Part shown: positions 48,633 through 62,986 of the stretch, in pieces
Layout of the letters: each line of letters begins with the position of its first letter
Numbering within the stretch: position 1 is the stretch's first letter
Source: the human T2T-CHM13v2.0 reference genome, Homo sapiens
Length of the DNA stretch: 64,000 nt
Strand: one strand, 5' to 3'
NCBI RefSeq assembly: GCF_009914755.1
Contig: NC_060935.1
Notes under the pieces: generated by a model
Databases searched by the model: none
Told to the model about the DNA's origin: nothing
The model's input: the letters and a program-made list of their open reading frames with translations, nothing else
Translations under genes and position numbers: made by a program

Positions 48633-49901
48633 CAGATGGGACATCCCTAATCCAAAAATCTGAAATCCAAAATGCTCCAAAATCTGAAACTTCTTGAGTG
48701 CCAACTTGGCACTATAAGTAGAAAATTCCACACCTGACCTCATCTGACAAGTCATGTTAACTCTACAGAAAAAAAATACCTATAGATGGCAGAGTGAAAA
48801 TGTGTGGTGGGCTTATTGAAGTACAAGAGCAGCACACATTCATAACAGAATAAGAAATCATCTCTGTTTATAAAATCAAAGAGAGACTTCTAAGACAAAA
48901 ACCATTGTTAACGAGGCAGATGACCGTGAAGGAAATATTTTTAAAAGCCAACCAGCTCATCCCTAGAGGATCCTCTTCCTAGTCCTTCAAGTGTTTCTTC
49001 TCACCTAAAAAAATAAAATACAGTATACAGTAACCTTTCAATCAAAACACAACATAGGTGGAGACTGCCACGGTTGGTGGCCATTGTTGTTTAACAACTG
49101 ACACAGGTATTATAGTGACGCTACTGTGCTGCTTAGTTACCCTAAATACATTGTTTCTCTGTATTAATGGTATGTCATATTTTTTCTTTTTTTTTTTTTT
49201 TTTTTTTTTTTGAGACGGAGTCTCGCTCTGTCGCCCAGGCTGGAGTGCAGTGGCGATCTCTGCTCACTGCAACCTCCGCCTTCTGGGTTCAAGCAATTCT
49301 CCTGCCTCAGCCTCCTGAGTAGCTGGGATTACAGGTGCATGCCACCACGCCTGGCTGATTTTTTTTTTTTTTTTTTGTATTTTTAGTAGAGACGGGGTTT
49401 CAGCATGTTGGTCAGGCTTGTCTCGAACTCCTGACCTCGTGATCCACCCACCTCAGCCTCCCACAGTGCTGGGATTACAGGTGTGAGCCACTGCACCTGG
49501 CCATATTTTTTTTTTTTTTACTGTTAAGAACTTATGTGTGAATAAGTATAAGAAAATGATTGCTTAATGATACCACATAAATTCAGAGTCAGGAATGACA
49601 GTGATGCCAAACAACCACAGACTGTCCACATGGATGGCTAAGATAGTGACACTTTCGCTTTCTGATGGTTTATGTACACAGATTTTGTTCCATGCACAAA
49701 ATTATTTAAAATAGTGTAAAAAATTACCTTCAGGCTATGTGTATAAGATATATACAAGACATAAGTAAATTTCTTGTATAGGCTTGGGTCCCATCCCCAA
49801 GATATCTCATTATGTATATGCAAATATTCCAAAATAAAAAAAAATCCAAAATTCAAAACACTTCTGGTCCTAAGCATTTCAGATAAGGGATACTCGATCT
49901 G
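48633..49901. mobile_element. TcMar Tigger4 (MER46/Zombi)-like DNA transposon
   Basis: Degenerate TIRs cagatgggacatccctaatcc and agataagggatactcgatctg; TA after the right end; aaatccaaaatgctccaaaatctgaaact motif. Confidence 0.82.
49187..49502 (-). mobile_element. Alu (AluS-like) inside the Tigger
   Basis: Antisense dimer with long poly-T and expanded middle tract; TSD atatttttt. Confidence 0.95.
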
Positions 49902-50534
49902 TAGTGATGTGCTATAAAATATTAATACATAAATTTAGAAAACATTACACTAAGTGAAAAACAGCCAGACACAAAAGGTTATATATTGTATGATTGCATT
50001 TATAGAAAACATGAAGAATAGAATAAATCAACAGAGACAGAAAGCAGATTTGGGGAGAAGGGAGGAATGAGGATTAACTGCTTAGTAGGTATGGAGTTTT
50101 CATTTCAGGTGATGAAAATGTTTTGGAACAAGATAGGTGTGATGGTTGCATAACACTGTGAATGTACTAAATGCCACTGACATGTTCATTTTAAAATGAA
50201 TAATTTAATGTAATATAAATTTTACCTCAATAATTTTAAAAATGTGAAAATAAGAACATATTGACCTGACCTTAGGGCAATGAAGTAAGCAATAAAAAAT
50301 TCACATTATATGCATTTAAAAAGTATCTGAGAACCCTTAACTCAGTCAAAATTAATATTTCCTTTTATGTGCTCCAACAGCCCTTTATTCATTACTCCAT
50401 AAAAATATTCATAACATTATAGAATATGGAAACATTTTGATGCCTTTTACACTGTCCACCCTTACTCTCCCAAATGCATCTTTCACTTCTACCTTTCTTC
50501 CTTCTTAACCTTCTCTCTCCCATCCCGCAATTGT

Positions 50535-50630
50535 GATTTTACCCAGGGCAGTAACCTTTTACTTTTCATCCTTCTATCTTTGGTGCCTAGCACAATGTCT
50601 ATGCTAAATAAATGTGTTAACTGAATGAAA
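50535..50630 (+). mobile_element. LINE-2 3' end
   Basis: gtgcctagcacaatgtct...taaataaatgtgttaactgaatgaa. Confidence 0.6.
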
Positions 50631-51057
50631 GAAAAAACAAATTAATAAATGCAAGGTGGATCAGCATGTAAGCATCATAGAGGTTGAAGAGCATTATCAA
50701 ATTATCTTTCGCATCTTGAGTTGGAATTTTTACACCAATAAATTCCAATCCCAGGTCTTTGATTTTTTAGCATGCCAACCCCACTGCAATTTTTAAAGGC
50801 TTTTGCAAAATTCTTTTAAAAATTCTGAAATTAAAATTAATTTCAATCATTTAAATTTTTAAATAAATGCATCTCAGCACTTTTTTGAAAGTTAGGGATT
50901 ATATCAAAATTAAATAAAACAAAATGCCAGTGCAACAAAACAGTCAGAGCTCACTCTATTCACTGGTGCCCATTTAAAAGGCAAAGAAATTTAAATATCA
51001 ACCACAAAATTATCTTGTTTAATGTCCATCTAATTATGTGTTAACAGAAATTATTTT

Positions 51058-51115
51058 GGGTGCTCCAGTGGTACAATCAGTTAGCACACAGTACGTATAC
51101 AGCAGTATGTGTGTG
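51058..51115 (+). pseudogene. Tailless retropseudogene of intron-containing pre-tRNA-Ile(TAT)
   Basis: 51062-51099 matches the tRNA-Ile-TAT 5' exon GCTCCAGTGGCGCAATCGGTTAGCGCGCGGTACTTATA, differing almost only at CpGs. Intron-like cagcagtatgtgtgtg follows. Perfect TSD agaaattatttt at 51046-51057 and 51116-51127. Confidence 0.88.
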
Positions 51116-51184
51116 AGAAATTATTTTAAATATAAGAATTATCAAAAATTATAAGAAGACCATCCCTTTAACTGAATAGTTTCA

Positions 51185-51531
<347 letters not shown>

Positions 51532-53040
51532 CTAGGCTTTTGTATTTTTAGTGGGGAAAAATTCTAAATGCATTTCCTTCATAATTATAACCAGTTAATA
51601 TAAGCCCAAAGAAAAGTGCCCAGATGATATAAATTTGCAAACATAGCAAAGACAAAACTCACTCATTTTGAGATACTCACCCTTCAGCAATGCCCATCTA
51701 AATCCCATAGTGCCTTAAGTGTCAATGGAAAAGTTTACTTACTAAAACCTACTCTGATTCCTATGACTGAATTTATTCTTTCTCATCTTGAAGGTACAGT
51801 CTTACCACATATTCTAGCAATTGATCGTATACTCTCTGGTTTTGTCCTAACAACTATTAAATTCATTGAGCTCAGAGATGCATGGTAATTATTTTCTATC
51901 CCCATGAGACCTGACATACAGTCAGCAGCTAATAAATATTTGTTGACTGGGAAAAGCATTAACATATTTAAACTTAATACAGGTAAATTTGGTAGCAACG
52001 TCTACTTGCTTAGGTTTTTCAATGAAAAAAAAAACTTGTATTTAAAAAGAAAACTATGTATTTTAAATGTCCAACTAATTCTCCTTACATTCTCTGGGAA
52101 CGTATTTCCCAGAAGCCTTTTATTTAAATGCACAAAATTTTCAAACATAAATAAACACACACTTTTTCTCTAACATTCATTTACCAGCTTCTTGTGAAGG
52201 GTTGACTGCATCTATAATTAGCTCTCTTGGGAGCACTATTGATCAATTGTTTCATATACAGTGTAGCTAACTAGACTTTAAATGGTTTTCAAAACTGTTC
52301 AAATTAGTTAAAGTACTGATACCTTCCTTCATCATATGAAAAAGATCAACATTCTTTAGTCTCTCAGTCCTTCAGTTAATAAATACACATACTAGAAACT
52401 TTCAAATATACCTGTGTTGCTTTTAGCCAGCTAATTACTAAACTATATGTACCCTGTTTGTAGATTGACAATTTAAAGCATTTTGAATTAGGATTTCTGT
52501 AGCTGGCAGAAGTAAAAGGATTGAAACAATATTGGTAATATAAATATTTTTACAGGATTATTGCTTTTAAATTTTAAATGAGTAAACATCTATCCTAATA
52601 TTCTCCCCTTTTTCATACCAAATACTGTACTTTAAAATTATAACATTTTTAAAGGAAAAATATTTAATCTACTTGAACACTTCTAGAATGTAAGACTTCA
52701 GGGTCCTCAGAGAAGATATTAGAATATTTTTCATACTTGGGCTGTTGCTTCTACTGAATTGTTGCCAATGTATTTTGTCATGCCAAAAATAAAAACAAAA
52801 CAAAAATTTTCAAAGGTGAAAGCATTTTTATATATTTGAATCCACTTCAGAACTACAAGTTGAAATATCTCACTTTCAACAAGTGGCAAGAGGAATACAG
52901 CAGAGCTCCGTAGGCATTTTATTTTAGAGTAACCGTTCTTAATGATTTAAAGGATATAGCAATATTACCCCCCTATGCAATTTAATCTGTATGAATAACT
53001 GTCAGATACATGCCACAGCAAAGACCTTTATGTTCAGTTT

Positions 53041-53596
<556 letters not shown>

Positions 53597-55569
53597 TAAA
53601 CAACTGTTTTCATGAATATATTATGGATTACTTTGATCTGGATGAAAATTATTTTGAAACATAATCAAACGCACGAATACCTATAAATGTTTCTTCTTTG
53701 TTCCAGTTACTTCTGAACTTACAGTGTCAGTATTATATTGTTTAAAATAAATGTGTCATGGTATACTTTGCTTATAATCAAAAAAAAATTGTATTTACTA
53801 TTACTGTAGCAAAAGGAAAACTAAAATACTGAGAAGATATGCATTTTAACATATTATTTATTTACTTAATCTCAAACAAAACTATTATAATTATATTGTC
53901 TTAAATGTCCGGACATTGAATTGTGCTTCTAAAATTAACTGACATTTTATAATCCCAAGATTTTCATGAATATGTCATAGTAATGTTGTAGTTACAGCAA
54001 CTGATTGCACTTCAAAAAAACTTTAAGAAATACTTTAAGCCATAATGCTTAATTTATTTTTTAAACAGAAAACCTATACAGACAAAAATGACTAATATTT
54101 CCCAACACTTAACAAAAGTTAGTCTTTTCAAAAGACAACACTGTAATTTGATTAATGTTAAAGTCAGCTGTATTTATACTACTACAATGTAAAATTAAGC
54201 CTTTTCAGTTGCAAGACTTCTCATCTCTTCACTTGCCATCTAAGTTGTACTCCTGAAACTTTATAATAGAGTATGTAGTTTGATCCTTTTAACTAATTAG
54301 TGGATCTGCAAACAGGAAGTCAGGCCATTGCAATTACTGTCCACATGTTCATTTATATCAAATACTCTACATGTCAACCTAACCATTTTTATTTCACAAA
54401 AGGCTATTTTTTCCTTATTCATAATGTCTTTCTGGAAATTATCAACTACCCTAGCATTAACATAATGGCCATTTGTACTTGTTGAAGAAATAAAAGGTAA
54501 TAGAATTTGGCTTAAACAAGCAGAGATAAAGCAGATAGCCCATAAACTAATGATTTCTGCAACTTTCTTTAAACCACTCTTATTCTGTCTCTACCTTTTA
54601 TATAAAAGTCTGATCATATATATATTTAATTCCATTCTTTAAAATTTCAGTAGACAACTTCAGTGCTAACCTACCACTGCCCTGTCAGGAAATCTTTGAT
54701 GTCACAATATAATAGCTCCTGAAAGAACAGCACTAATACTTAATGTAACATGAAACCAGAGCTCTGCAATGGGGCTGTCTGCTGTCAGGAACAAACAATT
54801 TCACCACTGTTCCTCAGAAGTGACAAGGTTGGGACCTATGTGTACAGTATCCCTCACTACCAACAGAGATTTATTTTTGTTAGGAATTAAGAAGGCCAGC
54901 TTCATTTAAATGTGCCAATCTCTATTTTCACAATGATAATGACAGAATAAATTATATTTTAATGTAAAACAATGCACATGACTCAGTTTTCCCCTGGAGC
55001 CCATATGTTATGCACTTAAGAAGGCCTTTGATGTTTAAAAAGAATAGGCCAAATGGAAATGGCTAAACTTACTACTAAGAGCCAATTCATGCATTATTTC
55101 ATTATTTCAGAAGTCACATCAAATATTTATGTTTCAAAGACTTTTATAACATATTTGAGTTGGAAATTACTATGCAGGATATATATATATGTGTTACCAA
55201 ACTATCTGCTTAAAGCTAACCATTTCAGGGGGAAAATAATCTATCAATAGTGGGGAAAAAACGAAACTAAAATAGTGGCTGTGCAGATAGTTAATAAAAC
55301 AACCAATACATTAATTTATTTTTAACCTATTAACCAATTGAAAATATGACAATTTCCAGACTTGTGTAACACTATGAGGGCACAAAGATATTACTACTTA
55401 ATTAATATTTGACCAAATGTCTTTTAGTGTTACCTGTTATGAAACACTAAAGCATGTTTGTTCCTCTTCTGAATCCTTAAGCTATTGTTTGTATTGTTCA
55501 CTTATCAAATAACTTTTTGACTTCTCTGTTACTACTGCCTTGAACTGTTAAATTTGCTTAATGTTCATG

Positions 55570-57585
55570 TTGTATAAGAAAAATTATAAGCTTTATTGGG
55601 AGATGTTAAAGAAGACTAAAATAACTGGAGAGAGAAAATATGTTAATATATTGAAAGATTCTATGTTATCAAAGTATCATTTCCATAAAATTTTACTAAT
55701 AGATTAAATGCAAACTAAATTGAAAATCCCAATAGGTTTTTTCATGTGTGTGGAACTCAACAAGTTAATTCTAAATTTATATGGAAATGCAAAGGGCCAA
55801 GAAGTATCAAGACACTTGAAAAATAAGAATAAGGTGGCAGGACCTATTCTACAAAATAACAAAACTTATTATAAAGTAAATATAATTAAGTCAGGGTTGT
55901 ATGGGTGCAAGGATTGACAAACACATCAAAAGAACGTAATAAAGAACCCCCAAAGAAACCCATGTTTATATAGGCATTTGACATAAGACAAAGGTAACCC
56001 TGTAGAGCAGTCAAGAAAAGAGATTTTAATAAATTATCTGGGATAGCTGGACATCCATAAGAGGAAAAAAAGAAACTACACCTCTACTTTAGACAGTATA
56101 CCAAAACATCTTCAGGTGTATTCAAGGTCAATTGAAAGTCACTGGAGATTATCTTTATGACCTCAGATAGGAAATAATTTCCTAAACAGCACAGGAAAAG
56201 CATTAACCAAAAAAGAAAAGATCAATAACTATACAACAATATTAAAAATGAGAACATCTGTTCATCAAAAGATTCCATAAAGTGAAAAGACAAGCCAAAA
56301 TGGAAGAAGATATCTGCAATACATGTAAACAACAGTTCATATACAGAATTGTATAGAATTTATATACAGATTTGTAGAAAACTACAAATCATTTTTTTTA
56401 AAAAAAGATCCTGTAATCCCAGCACTTTGGGAGGCTAAGGCAGGTGGATCACAAGGTCAGGAGTTTGAGACCAACCTAGCAACATGGTGAAACCTCATCT
56501 CTACTAAAAATACAAAAATTAGCTGGGCATGGTGGCACACGCCTGTAATCTCAGCCACTCAGGAGGCTGAGGCAAGAGAATCGCTTGAACCCAGGAGGCA
56601 GAGGTTGCAGTGAGCCGAGATCACACCACTGCACTCCATCCTGGGTGACAGAGTGAGACTCTGTCTCAAAAAATAAAAAAAAAAAAGGCAATGACCCAAT
56701 AGAAAAATGGGCAAAAGACTTGAACAAGCACATTACAAAAGAAGAAATCTACCTAATCAATAGCTTATTAAAAAAGTGCTTAATATCACTAGTAATTAGG
56801 AATGCAAATTTAAACCATGGTAAGACAACATTTAATACTCAGCAGACTGGCAGAAATTAAAAGTCTGACAACATCAATTGTTAGCAACAATGCTGAATAA
56901 CAAGAATGTTAATAGGCTGTTGGTAACACTATAAATAAACACTTTTTGAAAAGAGTTTCACATTATCTAGAAAAGATGAAGATAGGCATATTGTCTGACT
57001 CAACAATTCCATTCCTGCATATATAGCCTACAGAAACTTGTACACATGGCCACTAAGAATGAATATATGCAAAAAAAGGTTTATAGCAGCATTGTTCATA
57101 ATAACCAGCAACTGGAAATAGTCCAAATGCCCAGTAAAAATAAAGAGGATAAACAATTCTGATATTCACACAATAAAAATCAAATCAATGAAGTAGGTCT
57201 TCATGATAATGATACAGTTTGACAAAAATTGGAACATACACAAAAAATAGATTCTGCATGATTCCATTTATATAATGCATAAAAACGGGCAAAATCGAAC
57301 TATATTGTTTAGAGATGCATTCATAGGCAGTAAAACTATAAAGTAAAGAAAGTGACTAACATTAAACACAGAATGGTGATGGGGTAACACTAAATACCAA
57401 CAGGGAGTATGGGGGTGTAATTGGGAAGGAAAACAAGTGGCTTCTGGGAAAATAACAGTGATTTCATTTTTTTTACCTCAATGTTGGTTGGTTACATAGG
57501 ATTCACATAACTATTAGTTACACATATATACATCCATATTTTAAATACCTTATATGTTTACATTTCAATTTCAAAAAATAAAACA
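55570..57585 (+). mobile_element. Old L1ME-like ORF2 end and 3'UTR
   Basis: ctaaatttatatggaaatgcaaagg; catctgttcatcaaaaga; gcatgattccatttatat. Confidence 0.78.
56410..56686 (+). mobile_element. Alu (AluS-like), slightly 5'-truncated
   Basis: Dimer starting cctgtaatcccagc with poly-A tail. Confidence 0.94.
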
Positions 57586-57761
57586 CAAATCTACCTCAGA
57601 GTTACTGTGAATGTAAGTGAAATAATGTATATGGAAAGGTCTTTGAAAACCACAACTACACACACACTCAGTTTTAAAAGTTAAAGACTGGAAACACACT
57701 CACTCATAGACCAAATAAGCAATAGCCCACATGATATAAAATCCCACTACCTCAAAAACAC

Positions 57762-57858
57762 ATGTTGTCATAGTAATAAGATATATCTTCTGTAATATCA
57801 TAAAATAATGTTGTCATTGTAATAAGATATATCTTCTGTAATATCATAAAATGATGTT
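57762..57858. repeat. 46-bp tandem duplication (2 copies)
   Basis: atgttgtcat(a/t)gtaataagatatatcttctgtaatatcataaaat(a/g) twice, 2 mismatches. Confidence 0.95.
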
Positions 57859-58155
57859 TAACATTATTCTTTTAGAGATTCATTCCTTTGGATTAAAACA
57901 TTATCCTTTTTTTAACATGCCTTCTGAGAAAATATACTAAGCTGAGAAATAAAGTTATAAGGGATTTTAAAGGAACTATAATATGAAGACTTGGAGTTTT
58001 TCAGATTTAGAATAAATATAGTTCACGTCTCCTTACAACACTCCTATGTGAAAGGTCTTTATCCTCATTTAATAGACCCTATATGATATTACAGATATTA
58101 CAGATCAGATAGCTATGTTTAAAAACCAAAGAGAAAAGTTTTCAAAATATAAATA

Positions 58156-58385
58156 ACTGCGCATGGTGGCATGTGCGTGTAGTCACAGCTATTCAGGAGG
58201 CTGACATGGGAGGATCACTTGAGCCCAGAAGTTCTGGACTGTAGTGTGATATGCCAATAGGTTTCTGCATTAAGTTCGACATCAATATGGTGACCTGCTG
58301 GGAGCGGGAGACCAACAGGTTTCCTAAGGAACGGTAAACCGGCCCAGGTTGGAAATGGAGCAGGTCAGAACTCCCGTGCTGATCA
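58156..58385 (+). pseudogene. 7SL (SRP) RNA retropseudogene, 3'-truncated and tailless
   Basis: Alu-domain 5' end plus S-domain (catcaatatggtgacc, ccggcccaggttggaaatggagcaggtc, ctcccgtgctgatc); TSD caaaatataaataac at 58143-58157 and 58384-58398. Confidence 0.93.
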
Positions 58386-58744
58386 AAATATAAATAACGA
58401 ATGAAAATTAACTTCAGAAAGTTAAAGGAAGAAAGGAATTGAAGGAGTCGGTAATTTATTTTTACTAATTCATAGTTTTAAAAATGGAACCTCACAACAT
58501 GCAAATTCCATGTTCAAATGTACACACACAAATGTACATTATTTCATTTATTAAATTAGTTAAGCAAAAAGGGCATGGCTAGAGAAATACTTAACTTCAT
58601 TATGCTTTATAAAAATAATTTAAGTATGTATTGCTTTTCACCATATTAAAATATATCTTTCTTCATTTTCCTTCTTTCTATCAAAGCCTTCTTTGTCCTA
58701 TGTCCTATTTCAGAGAGAGTCGTATCTCAGCTAGTAGGAGTGAA

Positions 58745-59525
58745 ATTGTTGTGCTATACATATAGTAACGCTGTGTTTTACTTTTTGAGAAACTGATACT
58801 GGTTTCTAAAGTGGCTGCACCATTTTATATTCTCATGAGCAATATATGAGGGTTCCAATTTCCAATGAATGTTCCACCTTTGCCAACATTTTTTAGTTTC
58901 TGGGTTTGTTTGCTTACTATAGCCTCCCTAGTATGTGTGAAGTAGTTACTCATTGTGATTTTGATTTATATTTCCTTAATGTCTAATGATGTCATATATT
59001 TTTTGTGCTTATTGTCCATTTGTAAATCGTATTTGGAGAAATACTGATTCAAATCCTTTGCTTTTTTAAAATTTGGGTATTTGTCTTTTATTGTTGAGTT
59101 GTAATAGTTCTTAATATATTCTGAATTCAAGTCTTTTATTAGAATTATGACTTGCAAATATTTTCTCCCACTCCATGGGTTGTCTTTTAACTTTCTTGAT
59201 GGTTTCCTTTGAGACACAAAGTTTTACATTTTGATGTCCAATTCATCTTTTCTCTTTTCATTTGTGCCTTTGATGTCATATCTAAGAAACTATTGCCTAT
59301 CCAAGATGATGAAAATGTATTCCTATGTTTTCTTCCATAAGTTTTATAGTTTTATCTCTCATATGTAGGTCTTTAATTCATGTTGGGTTAATTTTTTATA
59401 TGGTGTGAGGAAGGGTCCAACTTTATTCTTTTGCATGGGGATACCTAGTTGTCTTGGCACCATTTTTTGAAAAGACTATTATTTTCCCATTGAATTGTCT
59501 TGCTTGGCACCCTTGTCGAAAATAG
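58745..59525 (-). mobile_element. Old L1M ORF2 3' fragment
   Basis: aagtggctgcaccatttt; ttgcaaatattttctccca; gggtccaactttattcttttgcatg. Confidence 0.82.
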
Positions 59526-60569
59526 CATTACTGTTTTTAAGAAGTGATTTACTTGTAACTGGAAATTTTGAATTATGGTTACTTGTCTATGAGCATAATT
59601 TGAAAAGAAGATTTCAGAATCACTATATTAATCATTCAAATTGCATGTAGAGTTTTTTTAATCGTATTTTTTCCATCTTTGAACTTTACTACTTAGCAAT
59701 TGAAACTAATTTTATGATAGCCTGAAGTTGCTGACTATTACTGGCCATGAAGCCTTCTCTACACTTCAGCTTCCTCCTTTATAAAGTGAAAAGATTGGGC
59801 TAGATTGTGTTAGATTGTTTTTCCCCCAAAGTTTATCCCACTGTCAAGTTGCTGTAAGGCAAAGAGGAAGGAGTAAGCTGAGAGTGCTGAAGGAACTGTC
59901 ACAGTTCCTTCAAAGTGTTTAATTTTGTTAGATTTCCTTTTTCAAAATTTGCTTTAAAAATTAGTTCCTCTGCTTAAAATACAAAGTTTGAAAGCTACAG
60001 AATTCTATGACTCCTGAAAAGAAAGAGGAGTGCAGAGAAATATTAGAGATATGAAGATAAAGACAAATAAGATTCAAGATTGTGTCCTGAATAAAACACA
60101 ATGAGAGATCCTAAGCAGTGAGGAATTACAGCATGAGTAGCAAGGCACCAGAACAGAGGACAGGAAACTACCAATTGAAAGGGAAAGTTTGAAGACTAAG
60201 AAGACTTTCATTTAATGTTTTTTGTTTTGATTTCCAAAATAGCTGAAAAAAGCTTGTTTCCTTGGAATTTTCAGCTCTCCTCTGAAACAAAATATGGAAA
60301 TATTCTAATTTAACCAAAGTTTGTCTGAGCTGTGATTCTATTATCCCAAAATCCAATGACAACCACACTAGTTAGTTTCAGAAATCAGCTAGCTACATTA
60401 ATTCACCACATTTACATATGCTTTTTAATACTTTCACTCAGTAAATGCATATGAACATGAACACATAGCAACACTCTTAGAAATCAATTCCACAATAAAA
60501 ATGTATACATAGCCTTTTTAGAATTCAAAAGATATTTTTCTCTTCTTTTAAATGCTCTACTTATTTTAT

Positions 60570-61285
60570 TAATTAAAATTTTATTAATATATAGAATATA
60601 AAAACAGTGAAATGCACTAATCCTAAATTCAGTCCATCAAGGTACTTGATGAGTTTTTATATACGTATTCTCCCATATAATCACCACCCAGACCAAGCTA
60701 TAAAACATCCCCAGTACCCCAGAAGGTTCTCACATTCCTCTTCCCAATTAATTACCCAACCAAAGATAACCACTATTCTGACTTCTATCATTGTAAAGTA
60801 GTTATGCCTGAACTTAATAAATGAAATCACAGTACATACTCTACCTTCTACCTTCCTCTAATCTTTAGCTGTTTCTCTCTTTACTTCTCTATGCTCCATA
60901 TAATGTCTGTGAAAATCATCTACGTTATTACAAATATCAGGTTTTTATTGCTGAATAGTCTTCCACCGAGTAAGTATACCACAATTAATGTACTCTCCTG
61001 TTGTGGACATACGGGTTGTTTACAGTTTGTGGCTATTACAAACAAAATTGCTACGAACAAGCGGTGTATGTCTTTTAGTGGACAAATACACTCATTTCTC
61101 TTGGGTATATACCTGGAATTATAATTTCTGGTCACAGAACAGGCACATGTTTAACTTTAGTAAATACTGCCAGATAGTTTTCAAAATTAGTTATAACAAT
61201 TTACACTCCCAGTGTATGAGAGTTCCAGTTATTATTTACCCTCACCAACACGCAAGGCATTGTCAGTCTTTTTAATTTTAGCCTA
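60570..61285 (-). mobile_element. L1ME-like 3' end
   Basis: accactattctgacttctatc; catttctcttgggtatatacc; tatgagagttccagt. Confidence 0.78.
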
Positions 61286-61374
61286 AATGCTCTATTTGTT
61301 AACTTTATAGACCTGTAACTTTACTAATTATAAAACAGAATATATATTATCCTTCTGTCCTGTAACTCTTAGCT

Positions 61375-61540
61375 ACTTAAGGTGTGGTTACAGCCAGCAG
61401 CACTGATGAAAAGCAGTAAAGACATTACCTGGGTCATTGATTCCTATGCCCTACCACAAACCTATGGAATCTGAATCCACATTTTAATTAAGATCCCCAG
61501 GTGATTTGCATCCCTACTAAAATATAAGAAGCACTTCTCT
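61375..61540. mobile_element. MER5-like hAT MITE
   Basis: ggaatctgaatc...cattttaattaagatccccaggtgatt...aagaagcact. Confidence 0.6.
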
Positions 61541-61934
61541 GGTTGATAAAATTTATAAATTTCTAGAATGGTTAAAATGTCCTTTAAAAATCTTTCCAAA
61601 AGACTCTATTAATGAGCAAGATATGTTCTAGTAATATATTCTTTATATAAATTCAATTACCAGGACAAGATGCTAAAATGCATAACTGAGCATGTACAAG
61701 GTAAATAGGTAATGTTTAGGCCCAAATATAGGTTCAGAAAATTAAAAAAAAACACAGATCCTGTGTATTAACCCCTTTTGCCTCTTTCTCGGAAAATACT
61801 TTTTGGAAAATAAATTGTTCTACCAAAAAGACACACCCACTTGTATGTTCATCGCAGCACTATTCACAATAGCAAAGACAAAATCAACCTAGGTGCTCAT
61901 CAGTGGTAGATTGGATAAAGAAAATATGTTGCAT

Positions 61935-62924
61935 CCACAAAAGAAACTATCATCAGAGTGAACAGGCAACCTACAGAATGGGAGAAAATTTTTTCAATCT
62001 ACCCATCTGACAAACATCTAACATCCAGAATCTACAAGGAACTTAAACAAATTTACAAGAATAAAACAACCCCATCAAAAAGTGGGCAAAGGATATGAAC
62101 AGACACTTCTCAAAAGAAGACATTTATGTGGCCAACAACATATGAAAAAAAGCTCAACGTCACTGATCATTAGAGAAATACAAATCAAAACCACAATGAG
62201 ATACCATCTCACGCCAGACAGAATAGCGATTATTAAAAAGTCAAGAAACAATAGATGCTGGCAAGGCTGTGGGGAAATAGGAATGCTTTTACACTCTTGG
62301 TGGGAATGTAAATTAGTTCAACCACTGTGGAAGACAGTGCGGCGATTCCTCAAGAATCTAGAACCAGAAATACCATTTGACCCAACAATCCCATTACTGG
62401 GTATATAACCAAAGGAATAGAAATCATTCTATTATAAAAACGTATGCACACTTACATTTATTACAGCACTATTTATAATAGCAAGGACATGGAGCCAACC
62501 CAAATGCCCATCAATGATAGGCTGGATAAAGAAAATGTGGTACACATACACCATGGAATACTATGCAGCCATAAAAAGGAATGAGAGATCATGTCCTCTG
62601 CAGGGACATGGATGAAGCAGGAAGCCATCATCCTCAGCAAATGAACACAGGAACAGAAAACCAAACACTACATGTCCCCTCACTCATAAGTGGGAGTTGA
62701 ACAATGAGAACACATGGACACAGGGAGAGGAACAACACACACCAGGGCCTGTGGAGGGTGGAAGGGGAGGGAGAGCTTCAGGACAAATAGTTAATGCATG
62801 AAGGGCTTAAAACCTAGATGACAGGTTGAGAGGTGCAGCAAACTACCATGGCATACGTATACCTGTGTAACAAACCTGAAGGTTCTGCACATGTCTCCCA
62901 TGACTTAGTGTAAAATAAAATTTT
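61935..62924 (+). mobile_element. 5'-truncated L1PA (PA8-PA12-like)
   Basis: ORF2 C-terminus ([18 protein letters not shown]) and 3'UTR; degenerate TSD aaaatatgttgcat / aaaatgtggtacat. Confidence 0.88.
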
Positions 62925-62986
62925 AAAATGTGGTACATATACCCCATGAAATGCCATAATACTAGGCAGCCATAAAAATGAATGAT

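Larger units (their letters stand above)
48265..50240 (+). mobile_element. L1MB-like 3' end interrupted by a Tigger element
   Basis: L1 sequence stops at aaggaatgaag (48630) and resumes at ~49904. Confidence 0.82.

Noticed and set aside
51062-51115. Functional tRNA gene
   Set aside because: No T-arm, B box or 3' acceptor strand; CpG-decayed and flanked by a TSD
58156-58385. Functional 7SL gene or ordinary Alu
   Set aside because: It contains the S-domain, so it is not an Alu, but it is 3'-truncated, diverged and TSD-flanked
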